Source of the DNA: Pyrolobus fumarii 1A
GTDB taxonomy: Archaea > Thermoproteota > Thermoprotei_A > Sulfolobales > Pyrodictiaceae
Assembly: GCF_000223395.1 (NCBI RefSeq)
Contig: NC_015931.1
Coordinates: 840,001-872,000, forward strand
Direction: 5' to 3'
Length of the DNA stretch: 32,000 bases
Under the pieces are notes generated by a model. It searched no databases. It was not told the DNA's origin and saw only the letters and a program-made list of their open reading frames with translations. The position numbers and the translations under genes are program-made. Positions 9,115 through 17,028 of this stretch are shown piece after piece. Every line of letters starts with the position of its first letter. The first letter of the stretch is position 1.

Positions 9115-10320
9115 TTGGCCGAGATACCCGGCTACACACCTCATCTCGTTGGCGAGGATATCGAAGAGGTTGATTTTGGGGCGACGCAACCGGTTATAGT
9201 TGAGCTGCTTAGAAGCGTGCCTAGGCACGCTGAGCGTCTTGCAGAGAGAGTTGTTGAGTTGCGTAAACTTCTAGATTCATGTGGGCCGCTACGGTCAAAG
9301 CTAGTAGAGGGCATTGCTAGAATATCAAGCGAGTCGTATGTGCCTAAGGCGGGTGTGGCAATAGACTCAACTTTCCCTCCTGAAGGAGGCATTGACATGG
9401 TTGTTGGAAGCCTGATAGGTGTTGTTGCTGGCTACCTTGCATACCAAGGTAACGTCGTAGAACCTAGGGTAGGCGTGTACGCGAGGCTAAGCATCGTCGA
9501 GAAGCAGGATGAGGCGCCAAAAGTGGCAGCCGAGCTATCCAAGATGCTCGAGAGGCTTGTTGTTCTCAAGAAGCTTTTACCTAAGCTACCCGAGGATTCA
9601 GTCATACTCATTGACGGCGAGGTTGTACCCTACACACTCCTTTTCACGAGAATATCTAGGCCGCTAAAGGCCAAGCTTGACGATGTAGTGTCTAGCATGT
9701 TGCGTGAAGCCGAGAGTAAGCGTATAATGATAGTCGGTGTTGTTAAGAGGAGCTACACGTTCCTATTCAGTGTATACTCTAGAATGTGTGGAGTAGAGAG
9801 GCTCCCGTTGAACGATAAAACGCTGGCTAGTATAGTGCTGCAGCCCGGCGAGTATATAACACTAGGCAGTTTCGATGAGCTGCTCCCTGATTATGCTCGA
9901 ATAGCGGCTAGGAGGGCACCCGAGAAGGCCGCTAAAATTGTCGCAGAGAGGTTGTCACAGCGCCCGGAGTACAGTAGGATAATAGTCGCATTCTACAAGC
10001 CAAGTGGAGTGCCACGATCCTGGCAAGCTGTGAAGGTAGAAGTTTATGCACCCTGGCTGGCAAGACGCGAGGCCGTCGAGAAGGCCGTGAGTCACCTCAA
10101 TACCCTCACCTCTAGCACAACGGGGCTCCCATACCCTATAGACATGATAGACGAATATGTGAGGCTTGAAGCGAGAGCGCTTGAAGTAGTGCGCCACCAG
10201 CTGATGAAGCACCTTGCAGCTAAGCTCGTGGAAAACGGGTTGCCGGAGGATCGAGCTGTACTCTTAACGCTCCACACGAACCCGGAGAAACGCTACCTAT
10301 ACCAGCCCAGGAGGCGCTAG
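9115..10320 (+). CDS. Divergent NurA-family nuclease-like protein
   Basis: Order and spacing of NurA-like motifs: GVAIDSTFPP (the usual form is DGS or DGG), VILIDGEVVPY, and C-terminal GLPYPIDMIDEYVRL (the usual form is GYPxPLxxAHxxxR). TTG start, uncertain. Confidence 0.5.
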   Translation: MAEIPGYTPHLVGEDIEEVDFGATQPVIVELLRSVPRHAERLAERVVELRKLLDSCGPLRSKLVEGIARISSESYVPKAGVAIDSTFPPEGGIDMVVGSLIGVVAGYLAYQGNVVEPRVGVYARLSIVEKQDEAPKVAAELSKMLERLVVLKKLLPKLPEDSVILIDGEVVPYTLLFTRISRPLKAKLDDVVSSMLREAESKRIMIVGVVKRSYTFLFSVYSRMCGVERLPLNDKTLASIVLQPGEYITLGSFDELLPDYARIAARRAPEKAAKIVAERLSQRPEYSRIIVAFYKPSGVPRSWQAVKVEVYAPWLARREAVEKAVSHLNTLTSSTTGLPYPIDMIDEYVRLEARALEVVRHQLMKHLAAKLVENGLPEDRAVLLTLHTNPEKRYLYQPRRR

Positions 10321-10337
10321 CCCATGCGGGGGCAGTA

Positions 10338-11294
10338 ATGAGAATCAAGCATCTCTCCATAGGCAACATAAACATAGACATCTACCTCTATGTCGAAAGG
10401 CTGCCAGGTCCGGATGAGGAACTGCCGGTTATGGAAGCTAGTATCGGTCCAGGGGGCGCGGCATCCAACTATGCTGTTGGTGTCGCGCGAGCAGGTCATG
10501 AATCGTATCTGCTTGCTCATACAACTCGTGATGCCGAGGCCCTAGGTATACTTGGGAGACTACGAGAGGCGGGCGTCAAGCTAGACTACGTAATCGTGCA
10601 TGAAGAGGGCACGCCTGGAATAGTGGTTGTTGTTGTAGCCAAAGGCGGAGAAACCGTGATGTTCAAGGTACGCGGCGTCAATGCGTTACTACGAGGCGAT
10701 GAGATAAGTGGCGAGTTCGACGTGGTTCACATTGCCAGCGTTGAACCTACGGTTGTCGAGAGAGTAACAAGACAAGTATCCACACGTATAATCAGCTACG
10801 ATCCAGGCGGTGCAGTAGCGATTAGCAATCCGAGCGAAGTCGCCAAACTAGCAGGCAGAGTGACGATACTATCATTAAATGCTAGAGAGTTTCTACACGT
10901 CTTCGGTCTCGGCGTGGCAAGCGTCTCAGAGAGGCTAGATAAGAACTGGATGTTGATCCGGCTCGGTGCCAGAGGATCGCTTCTAGTGAGTAATGGTAGA
11001 GCCCTACACACCCGAGTCTGTAAGCTCGGCGAACCTGTAGACACCACGGGTGCAGGCGACGCGTTCAACGCATACTTCAACGCGTGGATTGCTGAGGGTA
11101 ATGAGGTTGAAGAGGCGTTGGAAGTGGCTAGTATAGCGGCTGGTTTGAAAGTGTTGAAGCGGGGTGCACAGAGTATACCTAGTCGCGAGGAGGTTGAGGA
11201 AGTATGGCGCAAAGGGATATGCAAAGGGATAGTGAGGCGCGTGACGCTAGAAGAGGCGGAACAGCTGGTGAGAGAGACAGTTGGGAGCAGCTAG
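10338..11294 (+). CDS. PfkB-family carbohydrate or nucleoside kinase
   Basis: Ribokinase-like fold signatures including DTTGAGDAFNAYF near the C-terminus. 318 aa. Confidence 0.85.
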   Translation: MRIKHLSIGNINIDIYLYVERLPGPDEELPVMEASIGPGGAASNYAVGVARAGHESYLLAHTTRDAEALGILGRLREAGVKLDYVIVHEEGTPGIVVVVVAKGGETVMFKVRGVNALLRGDEISGEFDVVHIASVEPTVVERVTRQVSTRIISYDPGGAVAISNPSEVAKLAGRVTILSLNAREFLHVFGLGVASVSERLDKNWMLIRLGARGSLLVSNGRALHTRVCKLGEPVDTTGAGDAFNAYFNAWIAEGNEVEEALEVASIAAGLKVLKRGAQSIPSREEVEEVWRKGICKGIVRRVTLEEAEQLVRETVGSS

Positions 11295-11302
11295 TGGTGC
11301 AT

Positions 11303-11710
11303 ATGCCCTGTAGGCTGTATGGGTGTGAAAAGTGTTGTTATGAGACGCGAATGCCGCTTACAAGAAGCGATATGGAAAGGCTAGAAAATCTAGGATATAG
11401 TCGTGACTACTTTGCCATCTGTGACGATGCTGAATGCCGGCTGCGTAACATTGAGGGGCATTGTGTCTTCCTTGAGCCTGGTGAGGGGTGTCGCATCTAT
11501 CCTCAGAGGCCCCTAGGTTGCAGAATATACCCAGTCATATGCGTTGAAGGTGAGGGTCTCGCGGTGGACGCTTACTGTCCCATAGCTCATCTGGCTCTGC
11601 ACCTTTTAGAAGCAAGGCAGGATCTCGTCAAGAGAATAGCCCTGGTAATAACTAGGGAGTATGGTGTCCCCTGTCCAGCGCGCATAGTAGGAATAGTTCA
11701 TACAGGGTGA
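11303..11710 (+). CDS. YkgJ/UPF0153 family Cys-cluster protein
   Basis: CEKCCYE and GHCVFLEPGEGCRIYPQRPLGCRIYP motifs. I trimmed the track ORF (11204) to the ATG at 11303. A GTG at 11294 overlapping the PfkB stop is an alternative start. Confidence 0.7.
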   Translation: MPCRLYGCEKCCYETRMPLTRSDMERLENLGYSRDYFAICDDAECRLRNIEGHCVFLEPGEGCRIYPQRPLGCRIYPVICVEGEGLAVDAYCPIAHLALHLLEARQDLVKRIALVITREYGVPCPARIVGIVHTG

Positions 11711-11916
11711 GGGCTCGGCTACCCCAGGGTTCTCTTCACGAAACTCAGCTTTGCTACCTCTCCTCACAGCCCGATGAACAAGTGCTGCTCCGCGTTGATT
11801 AACCCCACGTAGGGGTGCGCAGTCGTATCCAGAGTAACTCAGCCTACTCTGGTGTTACTGGGGCCGGGAGGTGGGGTAGACCCGCGTTGCTACAAAGAGT
11901 ATGGTGTGGGTAGCGT

Positions 11917-12936
11917 ATGCCCATTGCGTTTGAAGCGTTCAAGCCTGTAAAGTCGCTGCTGGGGCTGCTGCCGTGGCTTGGACGTAGCGAAGCAGGTGGG
12001 GACTTCCAGGACAAGATACAGATGGTGATATTCAAGCTTAAGGAGCTTGAGAATAGGATAGTTGAGATACGTGTAAGATTCGAGAAGAGAAGTGAGGAGC
12101 TATTCCGAAAGACCGTATGGGCCCTGAAGAAGGGTGATAAGAAGAGAGCCGAGATATATGCGCAAGAAGTGGCCCACATGAAGAATCTGTTGAAGCTTGT
12201 AAGGGCGACTGAAAGGCTGATTGTGCATGCCATAGAGAGGCTAAAGACTGCCAGTGATGTCCGTGAGCTAACGGAGATCCTACTAACCTTCGGTGCGGCC
12301 ATAGACGAGGTTAGGAGCCAGATGCAGGGCCTCTATCCTGGGTTAGCACTCGCATTCGAAGAGATAAACAAGAGTATCAAGCTGCTTCTTGTTGAGACTA
12401 CGCCACCCACGCTAACAGACATAGACGTTGATACAATAGCTAATGAGGCCAGTAAGGTGCTAGAAGAGGCGCTTAGACAGGCAGAAGAGGATGTCGAGAA
12501 GGTACTTCCAGATGAGAGTATGCGCAAGATTCTAAGTGACGCTGGGATTAAGATACCGCTGCTCGAGTCTAAGCAACAAACTAGTCTCAAACAAATACAG
12601 AACGTGCAAAATGTTGGAGCTAGCACGGGCAAGAACTCCTCTATGGGTAGAGCAGCTGCAGCCTCTGTGACTAGCGGGAAGGGTGTTGCCAGGAGGGTTG
12701 CCCCGCCGGTTCCTCTGGCTGTGCAGGCTAGTGGCGTGCCGGGTGCTAGCATAACAGAGAGGAGGCCTAGGAGGATGAGTGAAGAGGAGTTAGAGCGTAA
12801 GCTACTAGACTACATCCTCGAGCACGGAGGCTTCCTAGACATAAACGACTTCACCCGCAGGTATGGCGTGACGCGCGAGGAGGTGCTTGCCGCACTTAAT
12901 AGGCTTCATGCCCGTGGTCTTATCAAACTAGCGTGA
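11917..12936 (+). CDS. cdvB: ESCRT-III-like cell division protein CdvB
   Basis: N-terminal Snf7/ESCRT-III-like coiled coil, a low-complexity linker with a Pro-rich MIM2-like patch (RRVAPPVPLAV), and a C-terminal winged-helix-like domain (LLDYILEHGGFLDINDFTRRYGVTREEVLAALNRLHARGLIKLA). It lies immediately upstream of the Vps4 homologue. Confidence 0.85.
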   Translation: MPIAFEAFKPVKSLLGLLPWLGRSEAGGDFQDKIQMVIFKLKELENRIVEIRVRFEKRSEELFRKTVWALKKGDKKRAEIYAQEVAHMKNLLKLVRATERLIVHAIERLKTASDVRELTEILLTFGAAIDEVRSQMQGLYPGLALAFEEINKSIKLLLVETTPPTLTDIDVDTIANEASKVLEEALRQAEEDVEKVLPDESMRKILSDAGIKIPLLESKQQTSLKQIQNVQNVGASTGKNSSMGRAAAASVTSGKGVARRVAPPVPLAVQASGVPGASITERRPRRMSEEELERKLLDYILEHGGFLDINDFTRRYGVTREEVLAALNRLHARGLIKLA

Positions 12937-13091
12937 GTATAACCCGGCTTTTTAGGCGTATATTGGCACACGTCATTCTCCCGAAACCTGCCTCCTCCTG
13001 CGGTGATACTAGGCCGGTAGGCACCCCCACCCTCTACCCTAAGCATTCTAGGGGGTTTCACGGGTTGACGGTTCTAGCGAAGCTCGAGAAT

Positions 13092-14195
13092 ATGGCGAGA
13101 CGCTACGTTGTTGCAGCGGTTGAGGCGGATAGAGCAGGACGTTATGACGAGGCAATAACCAACTATAAGAAGGCGATTGAGCTGCTCGCGAAGATAGTGC
13201 GTCTTTACCCCGACTATCCTCTCTCTCGCACATACGCCGAAATGATCAAGAAGTATAGGACGCGTGTCCAACAATTAGAGTCTCGTAGGGTGCCAGCTGC
13301 CCCTGTAGAAGCAGGGGTAAGCGACGAGAATAGTGATGAAGAGTGGCTTGTGACGGAAAAGCCTCGCGTCACTTTCGACGATATAGTCGACCTCGAGGAG
13401 GCTAAGAGAGCTATCATAGAGGCCATAGTCTATCCAGTCCGCAGGCCCGACCTATTCCCGCTTGGCTGGCCTCGAGGTATACTCCTCTTTGGTCCACCTG
13501 GCTGTGGCAAGACAATGCTAGCGGCAGCTGTTGCTAATGAAGTGGATGGTCACTTCTTCCACGTAGATGCGGCTTCCATAATGTCCAAGTGGCTTGGCGA
13601 GGCTGAGAAGAAAGTGAAGAAACTGTTCGCCAAGGCCAGGAAGCTTGCAGAGGAGACAGGCAAGCCAAGCATAATATTCATCGATGAGGTTGATGCGTTA
13701 CTAGGTGTGCATTCAACCGAGGTTGGTGGCGAGGTCAGAGTAAGAAACCAGTTCCTAAAGGAAATGGATGGATTGCAAGACAAGGACAAGAAGCTTCATG
13801 TCTATGTGATAGCAGCGACTAACAAGCCTTGGCGTTTGGACCAGGCGTTCATACGCAGGTTCCAGAAGAGGATATACATACCTCCGCCCAACAAGGAGGT
13901 GAGGAAGCAACTCTTCCTCCACTATACGAGCAAGATCCGGGTAGCGGACGATGTGGACTTCGATAAGCTAGCTGAAATGACCGAAGGTTATAGCGCTAGT
14001 GATATACGTGATGTTGTAATGGAGGCTTACATGAGAACCGTGAGAGAGTTGTTCGAAGAGAAGGGTGGAGTTGGGGAGCCGAGGCCCGTGGCCATGGAGG
14101 ACTTCATCGAGGTGCTGAAGAGGAGAGGGCCGAGTATCTCTCCAGATGTACTGAGGGCCTACGAGGAATGGTTTAGGCGGTTCAGGGCTGTCTAA
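13092..14195 (+). CDS. cdvC: Vps4-like AAA+ ATPase CdvC
   Basis: MIT domain (RRYVVAAVEADRAGRYDEAITNYKKAIELLAKIV), Walker A GPPGCGKT, Walker B IIFIDEVD, and a second region of homology. The track start at 12933 is implausible. The start is the ATG at 13092 or possibly the TTG at 13065. Confidence 0.92.
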   Translation: MARRYVVAAVEADRAGRYDEAITNYKKAIELLAKIVRLYPDYPLSRTYAEMIKKYRTRVQQLESRRVPAAPVEAGVSDENSDEEWLVTEKPRVTFDDIVDLEEAKRAIIEAIVYPVRRPDLFPLGWPRGILLFGPPGCGKTMLAAAVANEVDGHFFHVDAASIMSKWLGEAEKKVKKLFAKARKLAEETGKPSIIFIDEVDALLGVHSTEVGGEVRVRNQFLKEMDGLQDKDKKLHVYVIAATNKPWRLDQAFIRRFQKRIYIPPPNKEVRKQLFLHYTSKIRVADDVDFDKLAEMTEGYSASDIRDVVMEAYMRTVRELFEEKGGVGEPRPVAMEDFIEVLKRRGPSISPDVLRAYEEWFRRFRAV

Positions 14196-14273
14196 GTGGG
14201 ACGCGGGTCGGCTAAGGCCCCCTTTATCCTCACAACTCGGCTAGATGACGGCTCCACATCCCCGAGAAGGGGG

Positions 14274-14327
14274 TCAGCGAGATCGGTATTCAACATCTAC
14301 CAATTCAGATTAGGGTAGCTTCCTCAC
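14274..14327 (-). ncRNA. Candidate box C/D sRNA overlapping the 3' end of the NurA CDS
   Basis: Minus-strand read: GTGAGGA (C, 14327-14321), 12 nt AGCTACCCTAAT, CTGA (D', 14308-14305, contains the NurA TGA stop), ATTGGTAG, ATGTTGA (C', 14296-14290), 12 nt ATACCGATCTCG, CTGA (D, 14277-14274). The 12/8/12 spacing is exact. The C and C' boxes are variants. The D guide is complementary to a guide of the sRNA at 18124-18172. Confidence 0.5.
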
Positions 14328-15315
14328 CCCCTGCTTCTATCTTCTCGAGTCCAGGGTGTATAATAGCGAGTAGTTTGCGTGGATCACCTTTCAACCTCTT
14401 TATGAGTGTGTTTGTGATTAGACGATGTGCTGTTTTAGCTTCCTCGAGGCTTACAAGGCTCTTTTCGTGTGCGAGTTGGATTGGTAGGGGATGTTTGGAA
14501 TGCTTGGTTAGGGAGGATAGGCACCCTAGAATCTTGTCTATGACCCCGATGGGTGCGACTTCGAGTCTTGCTGGTGGCATCATCCCTACTTTCGCGTAGG
14601 TGTACTCTATGCCGCCTAGCATCGTATAGTAGAGTTGGTAGATGCCCTCGGGGGGCATGCGCTCGGGGCTTGTCGCTTCGCCCGGGCCAAGTGCTATGCC
14701 AGCAATCCACGCATCGTCAACCTGTTGTAATTTTCCCGCTAGCGTGTCAAGCTTTCGAGTTAGGAGTGTAGAGCCGCTTGGGCGCTTCACATAACCAGCT
14801 AGTGCGTGAAGTCTTCGTAGCGCAGATGATAGCATGGAAGCGCGCCATCGGTGCAAGTCGTCTATTTCAATATTCAATAGTCGTTTCAGTATTCGCCTTG
14901 TGTTGGTGGATAGTGGTGCTGGTCTGGGCGGGTCGGCTATGGGGCCGTCGAGGATAAGTAGTGCAGCATCGCTGGCATCAGCGGTGCTACGTGCGACCGC
15001 TATAGTCTCGAGAGCTATCATGAGTTCTTCTGCTACTCGGTGTATCTCCTCGCCGCCCGTTAGGCTATAAACGCTTGTTACAAGTGGGCCGAGAGTGGTT
15101 ACACTCGTCTTGTCAGCACTAATGACGACTATAGCTGCCTTAACAACTATAGCGTGTAGGCCGTGTGCACCGTACACGGCATAACTGCCATCAACGGCGA
15201 TTATAGGAGTGTTGCAGTTGCCACGCGGGATGCTAGAAACGTTGAGAATCTTGCGTAGCAGTGCTCTAAGCTCTGTGAGCCTATTAATAGCGTCTAGAGC
15301 CTCTTCAATCGCCAT
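14305..15315 (-). CDS. nurA: NurA-family 5'-3' nuclease
   Basis: IIAVDGSYAVYG, LLILDGPIADPP and C-terminal HPLPIQLAHEKSLV match the NurA catalytic D/E/D/H motif layout. The likely ATG at 15315 overlaps the HerA stop by 11 nt (the track start is 15351). Confidence 0.75.
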   Translation of the reverse strand: MAIEEALDAINRLTELRALLRKILNVSSIPRGNCNTPIIAVDGSYAVYGAHGLHAIVVKAAIVVISADKTSVTTLGPLVTSVYSLTGGEEIHRVAEELMIALETIAVARSTADASDAALLILDGPIADPPRPAPLSTNTRRILKRLLNIEIDDLHRWRASMLSSALRRLHALAGYVKRPSGSTLLTRKLDTLAGKLQQVDDAWIAGIALGPGEATSPERMPPEGIYQLYYTMLGGIEYTYAKVGMMPPARLEVAPIGVIDKILGCLSSLTKHSKHPLPIQLAHEKSLVSLEEAKTAHRLITNTLIKRLKGDPRKLLAIIHPGLEKIEAGGEEATLI

Positions 15316-16987
15316 TTCGTCCACTATAAAGCCTTCTGAGGGTCTCAACAACTCTAGTCATCCCCATCCGGTGTGATACCTTTCGCTTACCCACTCTAAC
15401 CAGCACCGGGTGCCCAATCATATTCATCTGGCCGGCAATAACTGCGACACCCCGTGGCAGACTAGTAAGACGCTTCTCTAGGTCTTCGGGTAGCCCACCC
15501 ACAGCCCTAGCAATGTAATGCACGTCGTCAGGCGCGACCCGGTGTATAATCCACGTGTTTGTCATTGACAGTACAACGGGGTCGACAAAAGCTGGTCGCT
15601 GGCTGACCAGCAGGAGGCTAATTCCAAACTTCCTACCCTGGGTGGCTATGAGCGCTAGATAGTCACGTGCAATGCTCATACCTATCGGATAGTTTCGTAG
15701 ATTGGGTGCATAGTTCTGCGCCTCCTCGATAATCAAGAGAAGATACCTCTCGTCGCCGTCAACCTTGTATCTCGTAAACTTCTCGTAGAGTAGCCTAGCA
15801 ATATACGCGACTATCAACTGCTTAACTTGGAGCGGCACTCCTGGTGCACCGTCGGCCGAGAAATCAACTATGAGCATGCTAGGGTTGCGTGTGATATCGT
15901 CTATGAGTTCGCCGGTGAATGTAGGTTCTGTCGAGAGTATGCCATGCTGCTTGTACACTTCTCGGTAGAACTTGTCAAGAGCTGATCTAATGGCTCTGGC
16001 TGTCTGATGGTGAATCGGTGCATCGCGGCCTCTGCTTAGCTCTTCGAGCCTCTCGTACACAAGGTTAATCTCGTTGGTGAGCAACTCGGTTATGGTATAG
16101 CCTTCTTCGGTAAGTTCGGAAATAACGCGGTCAAGCGCAGATACCTGCATCTCGTTAATATCAAGGCCACCAGTTTTATACATCATTATTATCTCTGCAG
16201 CCTCTCGAGGTGTGAAGAAATCGAGGCTTATCTTAATCTCGCGTGTAAATGGCGTACTGCGCAGACGAGACCGGGGAGTCACGAAGCGGATGACCTTGTG
16301 TAAAGCCCCTAGCGAACCCCTCGTAACGAATACATGGTGATAGTCGAGGTAATCACCGTTAGCATCAATGACTATCATTGGTAGAGCGGCAGTTTTGCCG
16401 TTACCTAGTGGTATTTGAGATAATAGTTCCAAGAGGTAACCGACGCCATAGCTTTTCCCGCTACCCGTCTCTCCAAACACGCCGACATGCATAGTGATGT
16501 TTTCTACATCTAGTGGTACTGGTAGACCCTGATACCCGTAAATATCGCCGTACCAGATTACTCCGGGACGATTCTCGTCTATGCCGAACAGGAGACTGGG
16601 GTCGCGTGGAAGCTCTACTACCTTATCACCTGGCTTTGGGGGACGCGGTAATGGTGGTAATCCTGGCTCGCCAGCTAATCCGATTATGTTGAGTACGGCG
16701 GTGACGTAGGGTGACGACACACTCTCTAGCATAGTTAGTGCGTCTAGAGACTCACGTCGTAATTCGCTCCAAGCGTCGCCGGGTTTGAATATGTCACTTT
16801 CTATCCGTAACTTCTCCACACGTGCTATTGCGAGTCTCTCGCTACCCCACAACTGTATGCCTACAAGCATACCCTCGTTGACAATCTTCTCGCCATGTTC
16901 CGTTAGCTGAGCTATTGCTTGCTTGGTTGTCGCGCCGCTAAGCACAACACCTAGCACGCGGCTAGTAGTTTCACTCTTCTCTCTCAA
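15305..16987 (-). CDS. herA: HerA/FtsK-superfamily ATPase (HerA-like, DUF87-type)
   Basis: N-terminal barrel-like region, Walker A GVFGETGSGKSY, Walker B LLLIIEEAQNY, and LLLVSQRPAFVD (Arg finger region). 560 aa. The start is the TTG at 16987 or the GTG at 16957. Confidence 0.85.
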   Translation of the reverse strand: MREKSETTSRVLGVVLSGATTKQAIAQLTEHGEKIVNEGMLVGIQLWGSERLAIARVEKLRIESDIFKPGDAWSELRRESLDALTMLESVSSPYVTAVLNIIGLAGEPGLPPLPRPPKPGDKVVELPRDPSLLFGIDENRPGVIWYGDIYGYQGLPVPLDVENITMHVGVFGETGSGKSYGVGYLLELLSQIPLGNGKTAALPMIVIDANGDYLDYHHVFVTRGSLGALHKVIRFVTPRSRLRSTPFTREIKISLDFFTPREAAEIIMMYKTGGLDINEMQVSALDRVISELTEEGYTITELLTNEINLVYERLEELSRGRDAPIHHQTARAIRSALDKFYREVYKQHGILSTEPTFTGELIDDITRNPSMLIVDFSADGAPGVPLQVKQLIVAYIARLLYEKFTRYKVDGDERYLLLIIEEAQNYAPNLRNYPIGMSIARDYLALIATQGRKFGISLLLVSQRPAFVDPVVLSMTNTWIIHRVAPDDVHYIARAVGGLPEDLEKRLTSLPRGVAVIAGQMNMIGHPVLVRVGKRKVSHRMGMTRVVETLRRLYSGRNGD

Positions 16988-17028
16988 CCTGCAGTCAACC
17001 CTGCACAGATACTAACGGGGTAGTACGT

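Noticed and set aside
11717-11767. Minus-strand GTGAGGA-12-CTGA-5-GTGAAGA-12-AGCC in the spacer upstream of cdvB
   Set aside because: Three of the four boxes have correct spacing, but the terminal D box position reads AGCC, and no CTGA lies within 10-13 nt. The alternative reading also lacks a C box. Without a C/D k-turn it is unlikely to be a functional sRNA.
12933-13064. N-terminal extensions in the ORF track (cdvC from 12933; also crcB from 18436, YkgJ from 11204, methylthiotransferase from 22940, DUF190 from 18899)
   Set aside because: The extensions are non-conserved-looking and Arg/Cys/Trp-rich, and they precede the points where the recognisable domains begin. Internal ATG, GTG or TTG starts give normal protein lengths.
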